Source: a virus
Lineage: Duplodnaviria > Caudoviricetes
IMG/VR virus record: IMGVR_UViG_3300025597_000005
Strand: one strand, 5' to 3'
Length of the DNA stretch: 64,000 nt
This document shows, piece after piece, positions 9,220 to 18,435 of this stretch. A program made the position numbers and the translations under genes. The first letter of the stretch is position 1; the number at the start of each line of letters is the position of its first letter. The notes under the pieces were generated by a model, which saw only the letters and a program-made list of their open reading frames with translations, was not told the DNA's origin and made no database searches.

Positions 9220-9690
9220 ATGCTGCCGAATCGAATCCCCACCGGGCTGCGAAACACCACCATCCCGAATCCCGTGGACCTCAAGGGCAAGCGCGGCTAC
9301 CGAAACGCCTACCAGGGCAGTGTCGATGGCTACGACTTCCTGAAGCAACGCCAGAACTTCGAGGACCTGCAGGCACGCCTGGCCGAAAGCGGCGAGATGC
9401 TGGTCGAAGTGGCCGGTGTGATGTACGACGGTGACAACGGTTACAACCACCGCTTCGTGGCAACGAACAAGTCGGGCACCATCGTCTGGCACAAGTACGT
9501 CGGATACGCTGCCCAGAGCGGCCAGAACCACGTCTTCATCCACGGTCGTCGCATCAAGGTCAGCGTCTTCCTGAAGCTGGGCCTGGGCGAACGCCATGCG
9601 CTGATCTCGGGCAAGGAAGACTTCATCAACAAGGTCTTCACCAAGAAGCGCATGAGCTTCCTCGACGAAGCTGGTTCGCTCTGGTGCTGA
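9220..9690 (+). CDS. hypothetical early protein
   Basis: Element 9165. Confidence 0.8.
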   Translation: MLPNRIPTGLRNTTIPNPVDLKGKRGYRNAYQGSVDGYDFLKQRQNFEDLQARLAESGEMLVEVAGVMYDGDNGYNHRFVATNKSGTIVWHKYVGYAAQSGQNHVFIHGRRIKVSVFLKLGLGERHALISGKEDFINKVFTKKRMSFLDEAGSLWC

Positions 9691-9808
9691 GTTCCGAGGG
9701 GCCTGTGATCCCGATGCGCAGAACGCCGGTTGGGCCCCTCTTCTTTTCCTGTTGACAGCTGATCCCAGCGGTGCTATTATATAGACACTGCAACACACAA
9801 GGACCAAG

Positions 9809-10312
9809 ATGAAGTACGCTACGCTCATCAACGCTGTCGCTGCAATCCAAGGTGCCAGCTTCATCGGCATCGACACGCACACCGACGTCAAGCTCACCGG
9901 CGGCAAGTCCAACCCGCAGCAAGGGCGCGTCACGAAGCGCATGACGGGTGCGACGGTGATGGCCTTCACGAACCAGAACGTGAACGCCTACAAGGAAATG
10001 GTCCAACGCCGCCTGGGCAAGGAAGGCAAGGACCCGCAGGACTTCCAGCTGCACGAGCGCGCATGGGGCACCCGTGTCCCCAACATGCCCATCGTGGAGC
10101 ACAAGGGTTCCTACTACCTGGAAGTGATCTTCCTGAAGCCCGGCCAGGTCGAATACCTGCTCGACGGCGTGGTGGTCCCCGAGTCCGAAATCCAGGGGCT
10201 GCCGCCCAAGCGTGAGGCGGAGCAAGGCGGGCTCGACGACAAAGTCATCCTGCGTGACTTCAAGGCGGAGAGCATCACCGAGCTGCGCATCAACGGCCAA
10301 GCCTTCAACTAA
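9809..10312 (+). CDS. conserved-type phage hypothetical protein (GGKSNPQQGRVTK...RAWG...HKGSYYL)
   Basis: Element 9752. Confidence 0.85.
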   Translation: MKYATLINAVAAIQGASFIGIDTHTDVKLTGGKSNPQQGRVTKRMTGATVMAFTNQNVNAYKEMVQRRLGKEGKDPQDFQLHERAWGTRVPNMPIVEHKGSYYLEVIFLKPGQVEYLLDGVVVPESEIQGLPPKREAEQGGLDDKVILRDFKAESITELRINGQAFN

Positions 10313-10321
10313 GGAGCAGGC

Positions 10322-10582
10322 ATGCTGACTATCGCCAAGCTGGCCGAACAGTTCCCCATCCGGGAACGTCGTACCACCCAACCGGGCTGCATTAGCAAGC
10401 CCGTAACGGGTTGGATTCCGTACGCCTTCTACGAGGCACACCTGGCGGAGATCAAGGCTGCACGCAAGGCCCACCCCAGCAAGACCCGTGCCTACTACAG
10501 AGGGCCGCGTGCATGGACGGGCGCTTCGACCACCGCGGTGAAGAACGCACGGAGCGTGGTCATCTACGCAGAAGGTCGCTAA
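10322..10582 (+). CDS. hypothetical protein
   Basis: RBS AAGGAG. Confidence 0.75.
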   Translation: MLTIAKLAEQFPIRERRTTQPGCISKPVTGWIPYAFYEAHLAEIKAARKAHPSKTRAYYRGPRAWTGASTTAVKNARSVVIYAEGR

Positions 10583-10687
10583 AAAAGCAAGGGCATATTC
10601 CTGCCTAAGGTTTTCACCTAAAGGTTGACGTGCGATTCCTGTAGTGCTATTATATAGACACTGCACAAACACAAACGGGAACCCAAG

Positions 10688-10840
10688 ATGATCTTCCTGT
10701 CCCACATCTACCGTCAGTCGCACACGGACTTCTTCTGCGCACAGCAGGACCAAGTGTACGGCAACCTGGTGCGAATCCCCACTCCCCAAAACGAAATCGT
10801 GGACCTCCAGTGCATGTACTGGATGGGCGGCGAACTGTAA
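10688..10840 (+). CDS. 50-aa hypothetical protein (not in ORF track)
   Basis: Element 10625; MIFLSHIYRQ...WMGGEL. Confidence 0.65.
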   Translation: MIFLSHIYRQSHTDFFCAQQDQVYGNLVRIPTPQNEIVDLQCMYWMGGEL

Positions 10841-10852
10841 AAGGAACACATC

Positions 10853-11269
10853 ATGCTGCAACAACTCATTCGTGAAGCGGTGCGTCAAGCCCGGGAAGTG
10901 GATTCCGAGGTCAGCTTCCGTGCCAGCTACGGCGGCCGCGGCATGTATGACCGCCGCTGCATCGGTGTCGTGGGTTCCAACTCGGAATGCCAGCGCGTGA
11001 TTGCCAAGAGCATCGTGATGCTTCGTGAGAAGCTCAAGACGGTGCAGCTGGGTTCCAGCGAGGAGGAGCAGGACAAGGTGTTCGAGGAAGCGGTGATGAC
11101 GCTGACGGAACCCTGCGAGGACTCCATGGGCCGCAGCGTGATCTTCTACTGGCCCGAGCTGTCGGCCATCGACACCAGCGATGAAATGCCCGATGTGCGG
11201 GACTTCGAGGACTTCGAGGAGTACCAAGAAGCCCTGGCCGAATGGAAGGATGCGCAGGAAAAAGTGTAA
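10853..11269 (+). CDS. hypothetical protein (SYGGRGMYDRRCIGVV...DSMGRSVIFYWP)
   Basis: RBS AAGGA; stop lies in the TGTAAC of the next element. Confidence 0.85.
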   Translation: MLQQLIREAVRQAREVDSEVSFRASYGGRGMYDRRCIGVVGSNSECQRVIAKSIVMLREKLKTVQLGSSEEEQDKVFEEAVMTLTEPCEDSMGRSVIFYWPELSAIDTSDEMPDVRDFEDFEEYQEALAEWKDAQEKV

Positions 11270-11332
11270 CAGTGGTAGACTGCAGGAGCCGATTCCTGCA
11301 TAATACAAACACTGAGACACAAGGAGTGCAGC

Positions 11333-11659
11333 ATGACTGACATGAACGAACTGGTCGACCACTACCTGGACCAAGAAGGTTGCCGCCGTACAGAAGGGCG
11401 TGCCGGTCTGGTGATGCTCGCCACCCTTTCCCAGGGTCTGGGCTACAAGGACCCCATGTACTTTGGCCAGTTGACGCCGAAGGCTTCCATGGGCGACCTA
11501 ATGGAGTTCTTCCAGGACAACCCGGGCGCAGTGCAAGCCGTGGTGGAATGGGTCAAGGAACAGCGGGCCCCCGAATGGCAGGAGAAGCTGCTGGAGATCT
11601 GCCCGGATTTCGATTCCGAGGAAGAGCTCAGCAGCCACGAGGACTATCGCCCGGACTGA
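11333..11659 (+). CDS. hypothetical acidic protein
   Basis: Element 11276. Confidence 0.8.
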   Translation: MTDMNELVDHYLDQEGCRRTEGRAGLVMLATLSQGLGYKDPMYFGQLTPKASMGDLMEFFQDNPGAVQAVVEWVKEQRAPEWQEKLLEICPDFDSEEELSSHEDYRPD

Positions 11660-11733
11660 GATGTAACACTGGTAGACAGGCGGTTCCTGGTGTTGCATAA
11701 TAAGGTCATAGCAACACAGCACAGGAGCAAAAG

Positions 11734-11988
11734 ATGAAGGAACTGATGACGCGTAAGGAATTCATTGCTTACGCTCACGAAGTCCTCGATCCCGAAGCCC
11801 TGGAGTGCCTGTACGAGCGCATCTCCGAACACAACGGGGAGGTGGCTGCATTCGGTGATAGCTGGCCTGGCGCTCTGGTTCAGATTCATGATTCCGTAGG
11901 TCGTGTAAAGAGCATCGAAGCTCGCCTGGCACAACTGGAAGGTCGCGCCCCCCGCGATTTTCGATTCCGCATCTGCTCACCTCGCTAA
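11734..11988 (+). CDS. hypothetical protein
   Basis: Element 11673. Confidence 0.8.
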   Translation: MKELMTRKEFIAYAHEVLDPEALECLYERISEHNGEVAAFGDSWPGALVQIHDSVGRVKSIEARLAQLEGRAPRDFRFRICSPR

Positions 11989-12004
11989 TCTACTGGAGAA
12001 TATC

Positions 12005-12268
12005 ATGGGTTATGGTACCCGCCCTGGCAGCCTCGGCCACACCATTCAGACTTTCTGGCCGGATGACACCGACACGGAGATGTACCTGGATGCATCACAG
12101 ATCTGGACTCTGACCGAAATCCAGGCACGCATCGACGAAAAGTGGCCCGGCGCCTCTTCGGAGAACATCCTCTTCAGCAGCCAGAAGATCCACACGGACT
12201 GCCTGGGGTACGACCTCTACGACCCCTTCGACTACACGGATTTCATCATCATCCGGCGTATTGTGTAA
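12005..12268 (+). CDS. hypothetical protein
   Basis: RBS GGAG; stop in TGTAAC. Confidence 0.8.
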   Translation: MGYGTRPGSLGHTIQTFWPDDTDTEMYLDASQIWTLTEIQARIDEKWPGASSENILFSSQKIHTDCLGYDLYDPFDYTDFIIIRRIV

Positions 12269-12335
12269 CAGAGGTCGACGCCAGGAACCGGTTCCTGCAT
12301 AATACACACATTGCAGCAAACAACTGGAGCACACA

Positions 12336-13286
12336 ATGACCCCCGTCGAACAAGTCCGTGCAAAGATTGCCCAGGTCATCGAACTGGCCAAGGTGCGCTA
12401 CGGTGTTGACCTGTCCCGTGTACCGGTTTCCTTCAACAAGGGCCGGGCTGCTGGCTGGGCTTCGTGGCAGCTGGATCGCCGCACTGGCATCACCCACTAC
12501 AAGGTGAAGTTCAACGTGGACATGATCATGCGTGGTGATCCTGAAGTCCTGCGCGACATGGTCGAGGACACCATCCCGCACGAATACGCACACATCCTGT
12601 GCTTCATGCGCCCGGAACTCGGCAGGAACCATGATGCGGGCTGGCGTTCGGTGTGCATTGCGCTGGGCGGCAACGGTCGCGCTACTCACGAACTCGAAGT
12701 GGTCTGCGGGCGCGGCACGACCTACGAATACACGACCACCACCGGTGAAAAGGTGCGACTCGGCGACAAGAAACATGCGCAGGTGCAGCGCGGCGTCCCG
12801 ATCACCTACCTGAAGAAGTCGCTGGGTTCCGTCAACCAGTACTGCGCCTACAGCATCGTGGGCATGAATGGCCGCACGCTGCCGCAGCCCATCGTCAAGA
12901 AGGCCGTCAACGATCCGGAAGCCATCGAGCACGCCAAGAAGATGCAGGACCCGGTGGAATTCGTCAAGATGCTGATCAACCGCCCCGTGACCTTGACGGT
13001 TACCGACCTGACCGGACCCAAGCCCAAGGTCAGCAAGGTGGCGCTGCCTCCCTTGTGCCCGCCCCCTGCAAGCCCCGCAAAGGCCCCTGCAACGCTGCCG
13101 CAGGCGGGCGAGTCCAAGGCTGCTACGAGCCGGCGGATCATGCTGTCTGGTTATCAGTCCGGCAAGAGCTACGAAGAAATCCTGCAGGCGATGATCGCGG
13201 CGAATGGCTACGACAGGCAACTGGCCCGTGGCACGTTCAAGGCCAATGCCCCCAAGGTCGGCATCCCCGAGAGTTTCTACAAGTAA
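12336..13286 (+). CDS. SprT-like zinc metalloprotease with C-terminal helical (putative DNA-binding) domain
   Basis: GRAAGWA, HEYAH (HExxH), HDAGW; Pro-rich linker. Confidence 0.85.
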   Translation: MTPVEQVRAKIAQVIELAKVRYGVDLSRVPVSFNKGRAAGWASWQLDRRTGITHYKVKFNVDMIMRGDPEVLRDMVEDTIPHEYAHILCFMRPELGRNHDAGWRSVCIALGGNGRATHELEVVCGRGTTYEYTTTTGEKVRLGDKKHAQVQRGVPITYLKKSLGSVNQYCAYSIVGMNGRTLPQPIVKKAVNDPEAIEHAKKMQDPVEFVKMLINRPVTLTVTDLTGPKPKVSKVALPPLCPPPASPAKAPATLPQAGESKAATSRRIMLSGYQSGKSYEEILQAMIAANGYDRQLARGTFKANAPKVGIPESFYK

Positions 13287-13341
13287 TAGACAGGGAGGAA
13301 CCTCCCTGCTATAGTAACGACATCGCAGCAAGGAGCACAAC

Positions 13342-13500
13342 ATGCCCATGACACTTGAGCAATGGATTGCAGCGGTCTGTGCCGCAACGAAACAGACACG
13401 AGACCAGCTCGAAAGGAAGCCCTATCATGTGTCTCTTGCAGACATGCATGATGCTGGCCTGAGTGTCGAGGAAGCGGTTGACGAATTCACCGAAGAATGA
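13342..13500 (+). CDS. 52-aa hypothetical protein (not in ORF track)
   Basis: Element 13287, AAGGAG; MPMTLEQWIA...EFTEE. Confidence 0.7.
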   Translation: MPMTLEQWIAAVCAATKQTRDQLERKPYHVSLADMHDAGLSVEEAVDEFTEE

Positions 13501-13501
13501 A

Positions 13502-13774
13502 ATGCCCATGACGACCGAACACCTGGAGCGACTCATGCGCGGTCAGATCCGCTCCACGGACATGTGGGTGGATCAATGGCAGCGGTACAAGGATGTCGCT
13601 GCCATGCGAAACGTCGCCTTGGCCCTGGGCAAGTTCTACGGTCTCCTGTCGGCCTACATCGCCCTCAACGACGGCGAACTGGAGATGCCCGGGGATTTCA
13701 AGACCAAGCAGATCGAATACGGCGAGGTCTACAACACCCTCGGTCTCAACGAAGTCGTCGGGCTGCCGCGATGA
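13502..13774 (+). CDS. hypothetical protein
   Basis: ATG follows previous stop. Confidence 0.7.
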   Translation: MPMTTEHLERLMRGQIRSTDMWVDQWQRYKDVAAMRNVALALGKFYGLLSAYIALNDGELEMPGDFKTKQIEYGEVYNTLGLNEVVGLPR

Positions 13775-13977
13775 GCTGGGACTTCGACGCAGTGATTGCC
13801 GAGGCGAAGCGTCGCTACGGTAAGGCGGTGTGCATCGACATGATCGGCGACGCCCTGGAAGAGGACACCTTCAACGACGCAGTCCAGATGATCCTCATGG
13901 ACAGCGTCATGTGGGATTCACCTCGCGGTGATCCCATGGATCCCGACATCTGGGCAAAAATCCTCCCGGCCAAATAG
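13771..13977 (+). CDS. hypothetical acidic protein
   Basis: ATGA overlap; MSWDFDAVIA. Confidence 0.7.
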   Translation: MSWDFDAVIAEAKRRYGKAVCIDMIGDALEEDTFNDAVQMILMDSVMWDSPRGDPMDPDIWAKILPAK

Positions 13978-14049
13978 ATGTAACAACGGTCGACAGTAGG
14001 AACCGGTTCCTGCATAATACAGACATTGCAACACAACGCAGGTCGTAAA

Positions 14050-14445
14050 ATGTCCGACACCAAGAAGCCCCGCAAGAAGCAAGTCCTCGACGCCAAGAGC
14101 AAGAAGACGATCGGTCAGCTGCTGGCGGCTGCTGCGGCAGGGTTCCTTCCCGTTGCCAGCTACTGGCTCGCACACGAAGAAGTGAAGCAGAACGCCTGGC
14201 TCGCTGTGCTGGTCGTCGCTGCCTTGCTGTTCAGCGCGCCCACGCTGGCGGAATGGGCAACCAAGTGGTGCAAGAGCCAGTGGAAGGCCTGGGGCTTCAC
14301 GATCCTGCTCGAGGGCGTGATGGTTTTCAGCCACACCAAGGAACTCGCAATCACTGCGTTGGTCATCCTGGCTGCCATCAACTGCCACGCGGCATACCTG
14401 GCCGCGGCCGCCAAGGTTCCCAAGATTCGTGAAGCACGCCGTTGA
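14050..14445 (+). CDS. membrane protein (about 4 TM)
   Basis: Element 13990; hydrophobic segments; TGA lies in the next TTGACA. Confidence 0.8.
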   Translation: MSDTKKPRKKQVLDAKSKKTIGQLLAAAAAGFLPVASYWLAHEEVKQNAWLAVLVVAALLFSAPTLAEWATKWCKSQWKAWGFTILLEGVMVFSHTKELAITALVILAAINCHAAYLAAAAKVPKIREARR

Positions 14446-14490
14446 CAGGCGGCACCTGCTGTAGCATAATACATGCAACAAGGAGTTCAC

Positions 14491-14727
14491 ATGAAGGTTC
14501 TCAAGGTTCTCGGATACCTGTTCTGCCTCGGCTGCCTGCTGACGGTGCTGGTGATGGCGAGTGGCTGTGCTACTGCGCCCGATGATGTCACCCACGGCAA
14601 GCTGGTTTCCAGTTGGTGGGAGTCGCTGGAAGGCAAGAAGGACTTCTGGGTCTGGGACAAGGTCACGCACATGTGCCAATACGCTGACGGCACGATCATC
14701 AACGCAGGCCGCAAGCCCTGCCCGTAA
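14491..14727 (+). CDS. putative small lipoprotein
   Basis: Signal peptide ending ASG-C; C-terminal CQYADG...KPCP. Confidence 0.7.
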   Translation: MKVLKVLGYLFCLGCLLTVLVMASGCATAPDDVTHGKLVSSWWESLEGKKDFWVWDKVTHMCQYADGTIINAGRKPCP

Positions 14728-14787
14728 ACGGTTGACAGCAGGTTCCTGTTCCTGCATAATACAGACATCGCAACAAGGGAATAAGAC

Positions 14788-14979
14788 ATGCTCTTCGCAT
14801 ACGTCCTCTTCGGCTTCGCCCTGGGGCTGTTCATGTCCCTGGTCTGGAAAACCAGCGACTGGGTAAACGTCACCCTGAAGGTGATGTGGGTGGTCTGGAC
14901 TCTCTGGTCGGCCGCGTTCCTCCTGGGCATGATGGCTTCCTACATGAAGGACATCGGCTCAACCATCAAGGTGTTCTGA
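14788..14979 (+). CDS. small membrane protein
   Basis: Element 14732; two TM segments. Confidence 0.75.
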   Translation: MLFAYVLFGFALGLFMSLVWKTSDWVNVTLKVMWVVWTLWSAAFLLGMMASYMKDIGSTIKVF

Positions 14980-15146
14980 TGAAGGCCTTCCTGCTACTCG
15001 TCATCACGGCCGTCTTTGCCCTTGCTGCGGGCATGACTGCCGAAGTAGGATGGTTCTACGCTGCCGGTGGATTTCTGGCGTGTGCGGCCCTGTCCCTGTC
15101 TGCCTCCATGCTGGTCTACCTCGGCTATCCTTCGTCGCACGGTTGA
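14979..15146 (+). CDS. small membrane protein
   Basis: TGATG coupling; two TM segments. Confidence 0.65.
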   Translation: MKAFLLLVITAVFALAAGMTAEVGWFYAAGGFLACAALSLSASMLVYLGYPSSHG

Positions 15147-15202
15147 CACTTGGTTCCTGCGGTGTTATTATATAGACACTGCAACACAACGAGGACACGC
15201 AA

Positions 15203-15466
15203 ATGTCGCTGAAGAAGTTCATCGAGCAAGAAAACCGTTTCCGCACCTTCGTCAACCAGCAACTGATCAACGAAGCGGCCATCGACAACACCGTCGCGCA
15301 GGAACTGTTCCGCAAGCTGAACTCCAACCTGTCCCCCGAAGTCCTGTTCGCCGACGGTGAGCGTCCCCGGGCCAAGGCCATGGCCCTGCGCAAGGTGTAC
15401 ATGCAGGCCATCGCCGACCTCAAGGCCAAGGGTTTCGTGCCCGAGGAGGAGCTCTACAATGTCTGA
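15203..15466 (+). CDS. conserved-type phage hypothetical protein (LSPEVLFADGE)
   Basis: Element 15143. Confidence 0.8.
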   Translation: MSLKKFIEQENRFRTFVNQQLINEAAIDNTVAQELFRKLNSNLSPEVLFADGERPRAKAMALRKVYMQAIADLKAKGFVPEEELYNV

Positions 15467-15761
15467 TCCCAGCATCAAGACCGTCAGCTTCCCGCTCCGC
15501 ATCCTGGAGGAACTTTTTCCTTCGGAGACCGAGGAGGGGCAAAACGTCAAGCCCACGATCAGTGCTACCGCACGGGCTGCTGCCGAGCTCGACGTTCCGT
15601 GGCAGGAGATCCGTTGGGTGGCCCCTGACGTCTTCGAGATCCGCTACGGCAGCAGCTGGGTAGCCACAGCGTTCTCCGAGGATGGTCGCAAGGTTCGTTT
15701 CCACAGTTCCGATGAAGGCGACTTCCGAGACGAGGATGCTGAGCACTTCGAGGACATGTAA
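15459..15761 (+). CDS. hypothetical acidic protein
   Basis: GGAG RBS; stop in TGTAAC. Confidence 0.75.
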   Translation: MSDPSIKTVSFPLRILEELFPSETEEGQNVKPTISATARAAAELDVPWQEIRWVAPDVFEIRYGSSWVATAFSEDGRKVRFHSSDEGDFRDEDAEHFEDM

Positions 15762-15823
15762 CAGTCGTTGACGCACGGCTCCGGCAGTGCTATTATATAG
15801 ACACTGCAACACAGGACACAAAC

Positions 15824-16060
15824 ATGCAAGTCTATCGCGGAGTTCGTTCAACCGAGCCGGCAGACAACGTCACCGTCACGGCGAAGACCAAGGAGCGTGT
15901 GAAGGGTGTGATCATCTACCCCTACTCCGCCCCGCAGAATTTCGACGTGAAGCACGACGGCCGCACGTTCGCGGTGGGCTCTGGTAGCTCCAAGCAGCGG
16001 TTCTACTTTCGTCAAGGCGGCTGCTGTGGATCCTGCATGCCGGGGTGCTGCCCCTTGTAA
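15824..16060 (+). CDS. hypothetical protein with Cys-rich tail (GGCCGSCMPGCCP)
   Basis: Element 15768. Confidence 0.75.
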   Translation: MQVYRGVRSTEPADNVTVTAKTKERVKGVIIYPYSAPQNFDVKHDGRTFAVGSGSSKQRFYFRQGGCCGSCMPGCCPL

Positions 16061-16123
16061 CAGTCGTTGACACACGGCTCCTGTGGTGCTATTATATAGA
16101 CACTGCAACACAACGAGGCAAAC

Positions 16124-16336
16124 ATGCTCGGCAACAACAAGGCCATCCAGCAGGCCGACAATGCTGGCAAGACGAAGCTGACTGCGGTCACGATCGGCCA
16201 CGGGCACTACCGTCGACAGTTCTTCGTCGAGCTGGTTCACAACAGCAAGGGCGAAGCAATCCTCCCCCAACATGTACTGGACAACCTGCTGACGCAAGCC
16301 GGTGTCCGTCGTGGCCAAACCTACACCGTGAGCTGA
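16124..16336 (+). CDS. hypothetical protein
   Basis: Element 16067. Confidence 0.75.
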   Translation: MLGNNKAIQQADNAGKTKLTAVTIGHGHYRRQFFVELVHNSKGEAILPQHVLDNLLTQAGVRRGQTYTVS

Positions 16337-16338
16337 AC

Positions 16339-16617
16339 ATGGCAAAGAATTCCCCCAAGCGTGCCCCGAAGTACCTCGAAGTCACCGTGAAGGTTCCCGT
16401 CGAGCTTCTGGTGACCACTGCCAAGGATGCCGGCTGCAAGGCTACCAAGCGGCAGGTCTACGATGCGATGGTGAAGAACTCGAAAGCCATCTCGCAAGAC
16501 CTCGTCGACGTGTGGGCAATGCAGAACGGCGAAGACGACGCCGAAGAAACCCTGATGGGCCTGTTCGGCGAGGACTGGCTGGAGAAACACACCATGACGG
16601 CCTCGGATTTCATCTGA
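16339..16617 (+). CDS. hypothetical protein
   Basis: ATG 16339 after previous stop. Confidence 0.7.
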   Translation: MAKNSPKRAPKYLEVTVKVPVELLVTTAKDAGCKATKRQVYDAMVKNSKAISQDLVDVWAMQNGEDDAEETLMGLFGEDWLEKHTMTASDFI

Positions 16618-16678
16618 GGTTGACCTGCGGCTCCTGTTGTTGCATAATACAAGCATTGCAACGCAGGAGCTACGCAAA

Positions 16679-16921
16679 ATGGGACACCCGTACAAAGCAG
16701 TCCTCACCTACAAAGCCAAGAAGGGCATGTTCCCTGCCATGCGTGGGGAGATCTACGAGGGCGACATCCGCATCGGGACCTTCAAGCGTGGTCCCACCGT
16801 CGACCACTTCGTGCCTCCCATCGAGCACAAGTTCTTCAGCGAGGCTGCCAAGAGTCGCTTCAGCGGCTTCGCAGACTGCCTCTCCATCGAAGAGACCATC
16901 GAGGCCATCATCCCTGGTTGA
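16679..16921 (+). CDS. hypothetical protein
   Basis: Element 16620, AGGAG; stop in TTGACA. Confidence 0.75.
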   Translation: MGHPYKAVLTYKAKKGMFPAMRGEIYEGDIRIGTFKRGPTVDHFVPPIEHKFFSEAAKSRFSGFADCLSIEETIEAIIPG

Positions 16922-16952
16922 CAACACACGACCAACCTGCTAGGATACACAC

Positions 16953-17219
16953 ATGATGCAACTGATCAAGACCGAGCTCTTCATGGACAAGAACCTGAAA
17001 GGGTTCTTCCTGGAACTGCTCACCGACGGCACCAATGCACTGGTATGCATCGAGGGCAACCCTTACTTCATCAACACGGAGAAGGTGCAGACTCTCGAAG
17101 ACCTCGGGGCGGTGTTTTACAACGTGCGACTCGACGTGTTCGGGGCCGTGATCAAGCTGCTGCAAGGGGCGCAAGACCCCAGCATCCTGTCGGATGCAAT
17201 CGCAAGGGAGTACGCATGA
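16953..17219 (+). CDS. hypothetical protein, leaderless
   Basis: ATG 6 nt after -10 TAGGAT. Confidence 0.7.
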   Translation: MMQLIKTELFMDKNLKGFFLELLTDGTNALVCIEGNPYFINTEKVQTLEDLGAVFYNVRLDVFGAVIKLLQGAQDPSILSDAIAREYA

Positions 17220-17449
17220 TCCTGTACGGATATATCTTGCCAGTGGTGCTACTGGTACTGCTCTTCGGTCTCATCGTCTGGAATGATCGGAGCAAGAAGG
17301 GCCGGGCAGGCATCACGGTGAGGGACTTCTTGATTGGAGTCCTTCTCGTAGTCACACCGGTACTCAATATCGTTGTGTGCCTTGCACTCATCTACTTCAT
17401 CTTCGACCAACACCAAGAGTTCGAATTCCTGAACAAGGAACTGTTCTGA
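17216..17449 (+). CDS. small membrane protein
   Basis: GGGAG RBS; two TM segments. Confidence 0.7.
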   Translation: MILYGYILPVVLLVLLFGLIVWNDRSKKGRAGITVRDFLIGVLLVVTPVLNIVVCLALIYFIFDQHQEFEFLNKELF

Positions 17450-17758
17450 TGTTGACCTTCCCCATGGTCTTCCTTTACCTCCTGCTCGCTTCAGTGGGCA
17501 GCGAGGTTCTACCTCCAGTGGATTATAAGGCAGTTTCCAAGGCCGAGATCCAGATTCAAGAACAGGTTCCGCCGGCAGATTCTGCAGACAAACCTTGAGG
17601 TCAGATTCGGTTTTTTGCTTGCACTTTGCAGGCGACTTTTAGCCCCTACAGCAAGAGATCAAGAGCCAATGCAGGCTCAGGTAGCAGGATCAGAATCAAG
17701 CCCCCTTGGTATTCATTGCCTTGTTGACCTGTTGCACACAACGCAGTACAATACACAC

Positions 17759-18001
17759 ATGAAGAAAGTAACCTGCACGCAGATCCTCACTGTCACGTTC
17801 GTAGGCATGTTTGTCTACGGTGCAGCAACTGGGGTCTGGGGTGCCGCACTGATGGCACTGGGAATGGCAGGCTTCGTTTACTGGGCTGATGGGTATTTTG
17901 ACCGTCAGAACCGTGCCTGGCTTCTGCAAAGGAAGCGCTCGCGTGATACACTCACTGCGATGGCGGACGAAGATTGTGAATGTAGCGGGAGCTACATGTA
18001 A
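17759..18001 (+). CDS. small membrane protein, leaderless
   Basis: TTGACC-17-TACAAT-ACACAC-ATG. Confidence 0.7.
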   Translation: MKKVTCTQILTVTFVGMFVYGAATGVWGAALMALGMAGFVYWADGYFDRQNRAWLLQRKRSRDTLTAMADEDCECSGSYM

Positions 18002-18165
18002 GAGTCTCCGAGTCGGAACTGGATTATGCTAGATGGCCGGCCGGTCTAAGACCGGTGAGAAGCTAAGCCTAATAATCCATACTCGATGGCGTGGTGTGAA
18101 CCACAAACAGGAATAGGGTGGGTACCTAAATACCCACCCTTGACCTCTACCCTTAGGTAGGAATC

Positions 18166-18363
18166 CTACAGCCCCGTCTTGTTCAGAAGGGCATCCACGC
18201 GGGTCAGTTCGGCCTCGCTTCGCGCGATGGAGTCAGGGTCCAGGCTCGTCTGCTTGACCTGGTGGCCCATCTGTGCGAGCGTCTCCCGCACGTTGAAGCC
18301 CCACTGGCTGTCGGGCAACTTCAGATGCGTCACCTGGTCGACCAAGTATACACGAACTGCCAT
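18166..18363 (-). CDS. hypothetical protein
   Basis: AAGGGGA RBS on minus strand, downstream of 18436..19017. Confidence 0.65.
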   Translation of the reverse strand: MAVRVYLVDQVTHLKLPDSQWGFNVRETLAQMGHQVKQTSLDPDSIARSEAELTRVDALLNKTGL

Positions 18364-18435
18364 CTCAGATTCCCCTTTTTAGGTGTTGCGGTCACCCGAA
18401 AAGGCCCTTGCGGGCCTTGTCCGGGATTCTGGATC

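Noticed and set aside
9052-14757. Long minus-strand ORFs (9052..9969, 9638..11374, 12249..13349, 13918..14757) and similar ones at 18262..19065, 20827..21672 and 22169..22993
   Set aside because: These are shadow frames of GC-rich genes. They cross linkers (recurring LQCLYYAG/CNSGR translations are just the linker) and lack an RBS.
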